Shown here piece after piece: positions 51,388 through 60,436 of a stretch of 64,000 nt of DNA; positions within the stretch are counted from its first letter, which is position 1, and each line of letters begins with the position of its first letter. This stretch comes from Candidatus Methylomirabilia bacterium. GTDB taxonomy: Bacteria; Methylomirabilota; Methylomirabilia; Rokubacteriales; CSP1-6. A program made the position numbers and the translations under genes. The notes beneath the pieces are model-generated. The model ran no database searches, was not told the DNA's origin, and saw only the letters and a list, made by a program, of their open reading frames with translations. The stretch spans positions 49,799-113,798 of the forward strand of contig JBGQEL010000003.1 of the NCBI GenBank assembly GCA_041496385.1, read 5' to 3'.

Positions 51388-51639
51388 ATGGGCTGCTGGA
51401 ATGTTCTGGGTACTCAGGGGTGGGTCAACGCATGGCCGTTCATCACGATGTGGATCCTGTTCAAGCTGACGATCTGGGCCGGGCTCGTGACGGCCGTCGT
51501 CTTCGGGATCCGCTGGCTGCGCCGCGGGGGACCCCATTGCGGGCGAACGAGCCCGCTGGAGATCCTCAAGGCCCGGTACGCGCGCGGTGAGCTGTCGCGG
51601 CAGGACTTCGAGTCGATGCGGCTGGACCTGGAGCGCTGA
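51388..51639 (+). CDS. Small membrane protein with SHOCT domain
   Basis: TM then PLEILKARYARGELSRQDFE; AGGAGG RBS. Confidence 0.85.
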   Translation: MGCWNVLGTQGWVNAWPFITMWILFKLTIWAGLVTAVVFGIRWLRRGGPHCGRTSPLEILKARYARGELSRQDFESMRLDLER

Positions 51640-51708
51640 GGCCCGGCCGCAGCCACGACCCTGACCTGCCATGACATCGGATCGGGTCCGACTCCCTTCC
51701 TCTGGCAC

Positions 51709-52119
51709 TTGTTGCAGATGCTCCTGGCAATGGCTGTCGGGATGGCGATCTACGTCGCCCTATTCCGCCTGGTTCTCTCTCCTGAGAGCTACAAGGCGAT
51801 ACAGATCGAACAGCCATTCCTCTGGTATTCCGAGATGGCTGTGTTCATGACGGTCCCGATGGTTGCGCTGATGCGGCACCATGGTCACAGGTGGCGGCAG
51901 TGCGCGGAAATGAGTGGTGCGATGCTCATCCCACCCGCGGGGCTTATCGCGCTTGTGCAACTGGGCGTTACCGCGTACCTCCCGTGGCTCTCGACGCGAA
52001 CATTGCCCGAGTCTACCCATATCGCGATGCTATTGAGCATGCTCCTTGTGATGCTCTATCGCCGTGCCGAGTATAGCGACAGCAGGCATCATCAGAGCGT
52101 GACGTTGGCGAAAACGTGA
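51709..52119 (+). CDS. Met-rich membrane hypothetical protein; N-terminus possibly damaged
   Basis: QMLLAMAVGM, MTVPMVALMRHHGH..AEMSGAM, HIAML; stop lies within the element-end repeat. Confidence 0.6.
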   Translation: MLQMLLAMAVGMAIYVALFRLVLSPESYKAIQIEQPFLWYSEMAVFMTVPMVALMRHHGHRWRQCAEMSGAMLIPPAGLIALVQLGVTAYLPWLSTRTLPESTHIAMLLSMLLVMLYRRAEYSDSRHHQSVTLAKT

Positions 52120-52128
52120 TCGTGACCC

Positions 52129-52160
52129 AAACACGGGTTCGAATCCCGTTGGGGCCACCA
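52129..52160 (+). repeat. att core: tRNA 3'-half (T-arm, acceptor strand, CCA; tRNA-Glu-like)
   Basis: AAACACGGGTTCGAATCCCGTTGGGGCCACCA, identical at 60181-60212; no tRNA 5' half upstream. Confidence 0.85.
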
Positions 52161-52227
52161 GGCTGATTTCTCAGCGGTTTCGTGACCCCAGATTTTGATC
52201 CCGCCGTGTCGGGATCAGAATCCCTGT

Positions 52228-53121
52228 TTAGTTCCCCTTCTCGTCGAACACGCTGACGGCCTGCTGGAGCTCATGCTGCGTCAGCCGCGTGTACACCGTG
52301 GTCGTTTGAATATCGGCGTGACGCAGATGCTCCTGGACCACCCGCAGATTGCCGCCGGTGCGCCGATGCAGCTCGACGCCACAGCCATGACGGAACGCCT
52401 GCGGATGCAGCTCGGGCACGCCCGCCCGCCGGCCCAGAGCCTTAATCAGCTTCCAGACCCGGTGACCGGTCATGCGGCTCTCGCGCCAGACACCGGCACG
52501 GGTGCGGTACCTGAACATCGGATCCGTGCTGCCAGCGCTCGAACGATCCTTCAGGTACTCAGAGATAATCTTCCGCGCCACCTCGGGGAGCGGCACCGCC
52601 GCCTCATGGCCGCCCTTGCCCCGCACGCGCCGTAGCCCGAACTCCGGCGCGTAGTCGCCGACATCGAGGGCAACCACCTCGGACCGCCGCAGGGCCCCGT
52701 AGGCCATGAGGGCGACGATCGCTCGCTCGCGGGGATCGGACGACTCCGCGAGGAGCCGCAGCACCGTGCCCCAGCGGGGCACCCGCGGCAAGCGAGCCTT
52801 CCGCCGCGGGCGGGTGAGGAGATCGAGGGGATTCTTGTCGAGCTTTTCCCGTCGCACGGCCCACTTGCCGAAGCTGCCCAGTGTCGCCAGCCGCACGCGG
52901 ATGGAATTGGTCTGTAACCCGCGTGCGGAGAGCGCGTACTGGTAGTCTCGACAACGATCGGCCGTGAAGTGGGTCGGGAGCACCGTGCCTCCTACTTCCT
53001 GCCTAGCGAACGCCAGAAAATCACCAAAGCACCAACGGTACGTCTCGATAGTACGAGGGGCCGCCTCCTTCTCGACCCGGAGAAACCGACAGAACTCGTC
53101 AAAGAGCGCGGACAAACGCAT
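52228..53121 (-). CDS. Tyrosine recombinase/integrase (XerC/D-like architecture)
   Basis: GGAGG RBS, SAM-like N-terminus, ALRRSE, GKG, HPQAFRH, HLRHADIQTTTVY. Confidence 0.9.
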   Translation of the reverse strand: MRLSALFDEFCRFLRVEKEAAPRTIETYRWCFGDFLAFARQEVGGTVLPTHFTADRCRDYQYALSARGLQTNSIRVRLATLGSFGKWAVRREKLDKNPLDLLTRPRRKARLPRVPRWGTVLRLLAESSDPRERAIVALMAYGALRRSEVVALDVGDYAPEFGLRRVRGKGGHEAAVPLPEVARKIISEYLKDRSSAGSTDPMFRYRTRAGVWRESRMTGHRVWKLIKALGRRAGVPELHPQAFRHGCGVELHRRTGGNLRVVQEHLRHADIQTTTVYTRLTQHELQQAVSVFDEKGN

Positions 53122-53855
53122 GGGTTGCCTCCGTTTGTCCGCCACGCGCTGAGGCGGATTATCCGGGGGCGTGAACCACGAGCCAACGGCACGTGCGCGC
53201 CGGGCAGGTCTCGGTGGTGTGCGACGAGGCGGGAGGCCGCCGACGTTCGCAGCGGGTCCAGCTTCATGAGGCGGCCACCGCGCGCCCACTGTGGCCGGGG
53301 TCGCCGCTGGCGCCACGCGCAGCCGGACGGGCCGGACGGCCGGACGTCCGCCGGGCAGGGGATGCGGCAGAGCACATCGCAACCCGGGAATGACCGGAGA
53401 TCGTGCGTACACTTTGAGCCCAACGCCCGTATACGCCGTGAGAACGCCAGGCGGAGGCATCTTAGATACCAACACGACGGAACCTCCTTTCCCGGGTGCC
53501 ATCCCGCGCGGGTGCTGTAGCAGGGGCCACCCCAATTCACCTACCACGGGTGAGGACAACCCTGGGAACGGTAAAGATCCCGCGCTGCGGTGCGCGGTGC
53601 GCGCTCGGGCCGAGGCGTGGCCAAACGGGGAAGAACTTGCGTGCGGGTTCGAATCCCGGGTTGGTCCTCCGCAGACTTGTCGGGGACTTCGGGCACCCGG
53701 ATTTCATTCCCCCGTTCGCTGGATTTGCTGACGGGCCGAGTGTCTCCCCGTGAGACACCACGTGGGTCGCGAGCAACGCGGATGCAGTCGACGATCCTGA
53801 GGAAGGTGACAGCGCCTGTGTCCATTCAAAGCGCGGTAAGATTCGAGCCACGAAG

Positions 53856-54066
53856 ATGTTCGAGCCCAACCAGCGGGTCAAGGTCAACCTGAGCGGCCTG
53901 ACGATCAAGGGCGTGGCTTTCAGCCAGAACGTGCAGGAAGCGCTCGGGACCATCGTGAAGCAGGTCTCCCCCGAGCCCTCCGTGCGTGTATCTCGTCGAG
54001 CTGCTCTTCAGCTTCAAGGGCGTCAAGCGCGTGGAGGTCCCCGAGGACCGCATTCAGCGCGCATAG
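53856..54066 (+). pseudogene. Small hypothetical protein frameshifted by a 4-bp duplication
   Basis: CGTGCGTG at 53981-53988; removing one copy gives ...SPEPSVYLVELLFSFKGVKRVEVPEDRIQRA*. Confidence 0.7.
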
Positions 54067-54359
54067 ATGGACGAGTGGTGGCCAGAAGCGGCACGCCGGA
54101 TAGACCGACGGCGCCAAGCTGCCTAACGCGATGGCCGGGGGAGTGGCTCGGGAGGGGAATGGCTAAGGATTGCACGACGTTCACGACGATTCCTGTGGGC
54201 GTGGCTGCCCGTACTAGGCTGTCCGGGCTCGCAGGGGTCGCGGAAATAGGCCGGTCGGCCTAATTCTAGTTCGCCGCACAGGCGAAGGATCGATCCAGCA
54301 TGTCGCGGCTGCAGGCCGCGGGCAGTGCTTCTGCTGCGAAGGGAGGACATGATCCACTG

Positions 54360-55349
54360 ATGGACCGGCGCGCCTTCATCGGCAGTCTCGCCCTCGGGAC
54401 CCTCACAGCGCCCCGCGTCGCCTGCGCCCAGTCCGCGCGCAAGGTCTACCGGATCGGCATCCTCAGTGTTTTGAGGACGTCCGACATGGTCGGGCCCCAG
54501 CCCCGGTCCCCTTTCGGTATCGCATTTCTGCGCGGATTAGGAGAGCGCGGCTACGTGTATGGACAGCATTTCGTGACCGAGCATCGCGGGGCTGAGGGAA
54601 AACCCGAGCGCTACCCCATTCTGGCTGCCGAGCTGGTCCGTCTCCAGGTGGACGTGATCGTTGGTGCCGGACCAGCTCTGCCCGCGCTCAAGCAGGCCAC
54701 GGCCACGATCCCGATCGTCATGGCGGCCGCCATCGACCCCGTGGCCGAGGGGCTCGTCCAGAGCCTTGGACGCCCGGGAGGGAACTTCACGGGGCTAAGT
54801 CATCAGATGCCAGAGACGACGGGGAAGCGACTCGAGTTGCTCAAGGAGCTCGTCCCGGGTGCGACGACAGTGGCAGTCCTCTGGGATCGGGGCGCCCGCG
54901 TGTCCTGGCAGGCGGCCGACGCCGCCGCCCGGGCGCGGGGGTGGAAGCTGCTGTCGCTGGAAATTCGAGACGCCAGCGAGATCGACGGGGCCTTCAGAGC
55001 GGCGACGGACGCGCGGGCTGCCGCTCTCCTCGTGCTCACGGGCCAGATCGCCTTCCCACACCGTGCGCGAATCGCGGAGCTGGCCGCCCGGAGCCGGCTC
55101 CCCGCTATGTATGATCTCCGGCCGTATGTAGAGGCCGGCGGGCTGATCTCTCATGGCGCGGACCTCGTCGAGATCTGGCGGCAGGCGGCGGGCTTTGTCG
55201 ACAAGATCTTGAAGGGCGCCAAGCCCGCGGATCTGCCGGTTGAGCAGCCAACTAAGTTCGAGCTAGTGATTAACCTCAGGGCCGCGAAGTCCATCGGCCT
55301 CACAATCCCGCAGCCGGTGCTGTTACGCGCAGATGAGGTCATACAGTAG
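54360..55349 (+). CDS. ABC_sub_bind-family substrate-binding protein (orphan)
   Basis: MDRRAFI leader, LVQSLGRPGGNFTG, KILKGAKPADLPVEQPTKFELVINL. Confidence 0.92.
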   Translation: MDRRAFIGSLALGTLTAPRVACAQSARKVYRIGILSVLRTSDMVGPQPRSPFGIAFLRGLGERGYVYGQHFVTEHRGAEGKPERYPILAAELVRLQVDVIVGAGPALPALKQATATIPIVMAAAIDPVAEGLVQSLGRPGGNFTGLSHQMPETTGKRLELLKELVPGATTVAVLWDRGARVSWQAADAAARARGWKLLSLEIRDASEIDGAFRAATDARAAALLVLTGQIAFPHRARIAELAARSRLPAMYDLRPYVEAGGLISHGADLVEIWRQAAGFVDKILKGAKPADLPVEQPTKFELVINLRAAKSIGLTIPQPVLLRADEVIQ

Positions 55350-55383
55350 GCCATGCTGTCGGAATCAGAGCGATCGGATCGGC

Positions 55384-55457
55384 GTCGAACTTCACGCTGC
55401 AGCGGACCGGCGGCTCGCCGTGCTCGCCCTCCGGCCGCTGAGCGCGAGCGTTAAGAC
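55384..55457 (+). other. Integron attC-like recombination site
   Basis: GTCGAAC ... GCTGCAGCGGACCGG ... CCGGCCGCTGAGC ... GTTAAGAC with two extrahelical bases. Confidence 0.7.
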
Positions 55458-56020
55458 GGGCGAGCGCTGGCTGGGTGGCTCGCCTTGGAGCACCCACCAG
55501 CACGGCCAGCGATGACGAACCTCGAGCGGTCAGCCATCGTCGATGTTTGATTAAGGATCAGGTTCAGGCGTTTTCCTCCAAGGACGTTGCGCATGGCACG
55601 GCGCCTCCGTGAATAGCATGATGGAGGGGCCTGGTAATAGTGATGGAAGGTGTCTGGAATCTGCCGGCTCTTGGGACGCGAATAGTCACTACGAAACCAG
55701 GCAGCGGCCGTTCCCTGAGCCACGGGCGTCGCTAGTGCCGGGAGGAATAGGAGCGACCGCACCCCTCCGTTGGTGCGGGTTCGGGAGAGGCCGTGTGCGA
55801 CAATGAGGCGCAGATTCGCTTGGCCAATAGCACTCAGGCGTTGTGGTCTCGACGAGGATCAGGAGTTCGTGAGGTGGGCATCAAGCTCTCGGCGAAGTTT
55901 GGCAGGAAAGCGAGGACGCGCGCTTGGCGCGCATTGCGCGACGGCGAATCCCGGCGGATCGAGTGGAAGCGGTACGTCGCCTACTCGGGTTTCCTCGCGT
56001 CGAACACCGGACCGGGCAGC

Positions 56021-56130
56021 ATGACGACCGAAGCAAGACTTTCTCCTGCCCCCACTGTCATCGCGCTTTCGCGCTTCCCATGCATTTGGGGCGGCACCGG
56101 AAGGCCGCCCGTCACGGGACTACGGCCTAG
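56021..56130 (+). pseudogene. Small C2H2 zinc-finger protein; start out of frame or uncertain
   Basis: FSCPHCHRAFALPMHLGRHRKAARH. Confidence 0.55.
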
Positions 56131-56453
56131 ACGAGCAGCGGCAGGGCTGGTGCCGATGCGGGGATTCGTTAGGCGCGTTCTCGATTGCGGCCGGTCTGTC
56201 GCGGATTTTCTCGGTCTCGTCGGGACTTAGGGCTGCCCACGCCTTAGTACTGAGTGAGACCGAGCCACACCATTTCACCGGTACGATAGTCCCTTTTTCA
56301 TCCCTCTTGCTGGCGTGCCGGGTGTTCGAACCCGCGGGGTGATTCGGACGGTTTTGTACTCCGGCCGTTCTCGGGAACAGTCAAGAGCTGGATCAGGTGC
56401 AGGACGGGTACGGGATTGACCTCGAAAACCACCGTGGATACAGTCGGGGCGCG

Positions 56454-56783
56454 ATGGCTCGACCTGACTTTCCCAAGTCGTTGAAAGAACTCCGGGCTCG
56501 GTTCAGGATCGAGGACGAGTGTCGAGCGATGCTGCTGCCGAACGACATCGTCAGCGAGACGGAGGAGTCACAAAAGACGGACGCAGAGATCGCAGTGATC
56601 CTGATGGGGGAGGATCCGGAGTTCTACGCGTTGTTCACCGAGCCCATGATCAGGGCTTTCGAACCACAGAAGATAGAGCACCGGCGCCACTGGAAGCGGC
56701 GGACGCTCGCCACAAATGCCGTCGTGGTCAAGAAGGAGTCCGAGGGATACATCCGATTCGCGGTTACGAGCATTGACCCGTAG
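56454..56783 (+). pseudogene. IS1595-like transposase N-terminus joined to unrelated sequence
   Basis: MARPDFPKSLKELRARFRIEDECRAML; Zn ribbon and DDE absent; TTGACC-17-TACAGT promoter upstream. Confidence 0.55.
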
Positions 56784-56959
56784 TCGACGCGTTCCTCGTG
56801 AGGCTGTTTTGCCGTCGGGCGCCAGCGACGCCATCGGGATAAATCGAGTGTTTTGAGCGCATAGACCGGCCGGCTACCCAACCAAGATCTAGAACTCCGC
56901 TTCCGCGACCGCCGCCACCACTGCGCGTTGTGGTTCGAGCTGCGCGGCGGCGCCTCCAG

Positions 56960-57504
56960 ACGGGTGTTTCCTTGCGATTGCCAACAAGGATCGCGTTGGT
57001 CCCAATCCCGACAAAGACCTCACGACCGGCTTCTCACGGGCTGAGGTCGAGCGGATGCTCGGGGAGCCCATCATCATCGAGACGCTGCCGGACGGGAACG
57101 TGTGGGCCGTGTACGAGTACACAGCCCGCTTGGGCAAGTCGATGGGGTGGATTTACGAAGGTAACGCCTTGAACAATTGGTTCGGGCTCGAAGTGTGGAG
57201 CGCGGGACTTGCGGAGTTCATGATGATGCCCATGGCCTACGTCGGCAAGGACAAGCACACATACCAGAAGGAGTTCGTGTACGACGCGAACGGCATGATC
57301 GTCGCATCGTATCCCGAGCGCGACAAAAATCTTCTCAGCCAAAGTGGATGGGCCGCCTGTGCCAAGGAGGCTGACCGTGTGTTGCCGGGGGTGCACGCAA
57401 CCGAGGTATGGCGCACGCACGTGCGTCATTGTGTCGAAGGGAACAAGACCGGGGACGCCGGGATAGACGCCACGAAAGTGGAAGAGGTACCGAAGAAGGA
57501 CTGA
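56960..57504 (+). CDS. Hypothetical lipoprotein-like protein with eroded N-terminus
   Basis: Frame extends upstream of ATG 57055 to GC (lipobox-like); SRAEVERMLGEP resembles BamE/SmpA-type motif. Confidence 0.5.
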
Positions 57505-57791
57505 CCGTGCTTGGTGCAGAAACGCGATGGAACTGTGACAAGGCCCCCAGGCTGCGAGAAGGCGTTGGCGTCGGCGTGGAGCCTGCCAGATGAGGTCAAC
57601 TTCGAAGATCAGGCAGTTCGATTTCCGTGACTGCGGGCCCGTGAATTGAACCGGCGCTTCAGGGCGACGTCACACTCGGCCCCCTGCTTCACGAGGCTCC
57701 CAATTTGACCTCTCCCACGCGCTCTGGCAGGATCGGCGCAGATGCTAGACGGCTTATCCGCCCTGTGAGAACGGTGAGCCAGGCGGCGGTC

Positions 57792-58481
57792 ATGACCGAG
57801 AGCAGGCTTTACGTCATCTACGCTTGGTTCGTCCTTGTCCTCGCGATGTTGCTGACCGGCTGCGTCATGGTTCCGGCCAGCGTGAAGACGTCTCGGTCGG
57901 AAGTGGGACCGCCGCGTCTCGGGGAGGACCGAAAGATCGCCGTCCTATTCTCGACGGATTTCTCCCCGGAGACTCGCGGCTGGCTCGGCGAGGACATGAC
58001 CGAGTGCATTGGCCGGGCCCTTCAGAAAGCCCTGCCCGGCGGGTCCGTCGTCCGGCAGAAGGAGTTCTACGAAGAGGTTTTCCCCGGGCTGGCTCCGAAA
58101 CAGGTGCTGCTGCGTGCCGATACGCTCCCGATGCTGGTGGCTCAACCGGAGATCAGGCAGCGTCTTGAGCAGCTCGGTCTCCACTATCTCATCTTGGTTG
58201 GGGCTGACGTGAGAAGCGACGCTAACTTCTTTCTATCCTCCGGTGGCGCGGGGGCAATGTGGGACGAGCGAGTCAAGATGACCGGCGTGTTATTCGAGCT
58301 CGGCCAGGCACAGGCCGTGGGCTCCGTGACAGCGGAGGCTGCCGGAAAGGGGGCGGGCATTGCCCTCTTGATGGTCATCCCTCTCGGGGGCGGCACGGAC
58401 GCCATACGGCCTTCATGCAAGGCCCTGGGTTCCGAGGTTGTCCGGATGATTCGCGGCGCGTCGGAACGCGACGGGCCGTGA
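57792..58481 (+). CDS. Hypothetical lipoprotein
   Basis: Hydrophobic leader and LTGC lipobox. Confidence 0.7.
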   Translation: MTESRLYVIYAWFVLVLAMLLTGCVMVPASVKTSRSEVGPPRLGEDRKIAVLFSTDFSPETRGWLGEDMTECIGRALQKALPGGSVVRQKEFYEEVFPGLAPKQVLLRADTLPMLVAQPEIRQRLEQLGLHYLILVGADVRSDANFFLSSGGAGAMWDERVKMTGVLFELGQAQAVGSVTAEAAGKGAGIALLMVIPLGGGTDAIRPSCKALGSEVVRMIRGASERDGP

Positions 58482-59176
58482 CCGCTCTGACAAGGAGAGG
58501 TCTTGAGCTAATCTGCGCTCGACGGCCGCGTCACCGGGTGCGGCGGACAACGGCAGCCGGATGGCTGCTAGCCTTCGGCGCAGTCGCGTTGGTCGCTGGT
58601 TGTGCGACCGTTGTCCCGGAGCCGGTTCTCATCCGGGAGCCGCGCCCCGAGCCCGTGCCGCTCGTCATCGGCCTGTGTTACTCCGACGAGTTCCGCTCGT
58701 TCGTTTATCGCAAGAGCAGCGGGCAGCGGGTTCTCGCCGCGTTCGCTCTGGGGGAATCGAGCGTCAAGCTCGTCGACGAGGCGCTGACCCTGTTGTTCGC
58801 TCGAGTCGTTCCGGTGTCAGGTCTTCCGTCGAAGGTCTCCGGCGAGAATGCCGTGGCGGGCGTGATCGAGCCCAAGATCGCTGACGTCTCCTATGAAGTG
58901 CCATCGCGTAGGGTGGTCGGAGATCAAGTAGTGGCCCGGGCGCTGATCACCTATGCCTTCACGCTGTATTCCAGGGAGGGAGAGCAACTTGCCTCCTGGC
59001 AAGTGTCCGGTCGCGGCGTTGAGACGCCATCGGCCAAAATCGGTGTGGTGCCAGCTCATCGATCGGTACAGCGAAGCTTTGAGCAGGCAATGCGGGAGGC
59101 CGCCTGGAAGCTGACCAGCGACTTCCGCGGGGTGCCAGGGGTTCGCCGCTGGCTCGACGAGCAAGGCGTGAAGTAG
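58478..59176 (+). CDS. Hypothetical lipoprotein
   Basis: GTGA overlap; VAGC lipobox. Confidence 0.7.
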   Translation: MTALTRRGLELICARRPRHRVRRTTAAGWLLAFGAVALVAGCATVVPEPVLIREPRPEPVPLVIGLCYSDEFRSFVYRKSSGQRVLAAFALGESSVKLVDEALTLLFARVVPVSGLPSKVSGENAVAGVIEPKIADVSYEVPSRRVVGDQVVARALITYAFTLYSREGEQLASWQVSGRGVETPSAKIGVVPAHRSVQRSFEQAMREAAWKLTSDFRGVPGVRRWLDEQGVK

Positions 59177-59634
59177 AAATACACCGCATCGGCCGCCTCG
59201 TAGATATCCGGGCCCTCGCAGCCGAGAGTTGCTCGGGGAATCAGCTGCGCCAAGGTTGGCGGGCGTCGACCACGGCCGACAACGAGCGTCCTGTCGCCCA
59301 CGCCTCTACGTCAACGGCCTCAGGAAAACCCAGTCCGATTCCCATTTCCCCACGAGATTCCCAGGTCGATTTCCAGCCGATTCCCATGTCTTGCAGCCAG
59401 CGGAAGGACTCTCGGGCTAGACCGGGTGGGATCGGCGATCAGACGATGTCCACCACGAAGGTGAGGCGAGTCGATTTCGGTGGTTGCGGGCCCTCGCAAT
59501 CACCGGAATCAAGCCCGACGGCCAGTTCTCCTTGTGGCGCACCGAGGCAAGGTGGCGTTCGGAGTGAATCGGAGACGCGGTGTTCGACTTTCTGCCATGA
59601 TTGGTCCATCGCATCCCGGGGAAGCGCAGTGATT

Positions 59635-59871
59635 ATGAACATCGAGATCAAGCGCTGTTTCTTCTGAAGTGACATCAAGCGAGAGGCCGTGAGCCTCAAG
59701 CAAGAGTTGGAACATCAACTCAAAGTTTCGTCCAAGATTCGGTGGGGCGGGCCCGGTCAACTGGACGTTCTCGTAGACGGCACGGTGATCTTCTCGAAGA
59801 AAAGGGCCGGGCGGATGCCGACCAGTGGAGAGATCCTTGGGCTGGTGAAGACGCGGCAATCGAGGGTTTGA
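59635..59871 (+). CDS. SelW/SelT/SelH (Rdx)-family selenoprotein
   Basis: MNIEIKRCFF-TGA-SDIKREAVSL...GGPGQLDVLVDGTVIFSKKRAGRMP; two ORF-track pieces are in frame; hairpin 59683-59697. Confidence 0.8.
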
Positions 59872-60180
59872 CCGTCCGCGAAGATGGGTGAGCGCCTCAC
59901 GAGGTAGGGCGGTAGCTGGAGGGGCAGATCCGCCTGCCGCTTGACTGAAAACACGACCGTCGGGAACGGCGGACCGATTCCCAGTGTCCCAGGAGATTCC
60001 CGCTCGGATTCCCGGCCTCGTCCCAAGCTTCTCAGATTTGGTCTCAGCTCGTGGGACCTCGTGGGAATCGGGACGACGAGGGGACGCAAACCACGAGCGA
60101 ATTTCAGTCCTGCGGGTGCGGGCGTTGACTCAACAGCACTTAACTCCTTTCAGCCTTTATGAAAGCGCGTGGCGGACCGT

Positions 60181-60212
60181 AAACACGGGTTCGAATCCCG
60201 TTGGGGCCACCA
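60181..60212 (+). repeat. att core, second copy (tRNA 3'-half)
   Basis: Identical to 52129-52160. Confidence 0.85.
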
Positions 60213-60279
60213 CCAGAATTTCTCAGGCGTTTTCCCCACTCGAATTTTGATCACGCTGTGTCGGGATCAGAATCCCTGT

Positions 60280-60412
60280 TCAGTGCCCCGTCGAATCAAA
60301 CACACTGACGACCTTTTGCAGGTCGGTCTGCGTCAGCCGCGTGTAGACGGTGGTCGTCTAAATATCGACATGCCGCAGATGTTCCTGCACCGCGCGAAGG
60401 TTGCCCCCGCCG
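60280..60412 (-). pseudogene. Integrase C-terminal remnant paralogous to 52228..53121
   Basis: GGNLRAVQEHLRHVDI*TTTVYTRLTQTDLQKVVSVFD with internal TAG; similar position relative to att. Confidence 0.85.
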
Positions 60413-60418
60413 GCCATG

Positions 60419-60436
60419 TATCATTGCAAGATGATA
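60419..60436. promoter_or_regulatory. ArsR/SmtB-family operator candidate
   Basis: Perfect TATCAT-N6-ATGATA inverted repeat abutting the repressor ATG. Confidence 0.65.

Larger units (their letters stand above)
52129..60212. mobile_element. ~8.1 kb integrative element bounded by 32-bp direct repeats
   Basis: Direct repeats, adjacent tyrosine integrase, fragmented cargo. Confidence 0.8.

Noticed and set aside
52085..52160. Complete tRNA gene
   Set aside because: Only T-arm, acceptor 3' strand and CCA are present; upstream sequence has no D-arm, anticodon arm or matching 5' acceptor strand. The same holds at 60181.
52228..53121. Chromosomal xerC/xerD or integron integrase
   Set aside because: Adjacent to att repeats, has a decayed paralogue, and shows no IntI-specific insertion.
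53122..53559. N-terminal extension of the integrase in the ORF track
   Set aside because: Low-complexity translation; a good RBS precedes ATG 53121.
54115..57755. Further attC sites (GCCTAAC 54121, GTTAGGC ~56168, GCTAGAC ~57744)
   Set aside because: Core-like heptamers without convincing paired L boxes.
60169..60435. N-terminal extension of the ArsR ORF
   Set aside because: It runs through the att site and the antisense integrase remnant; the real start is 60436.
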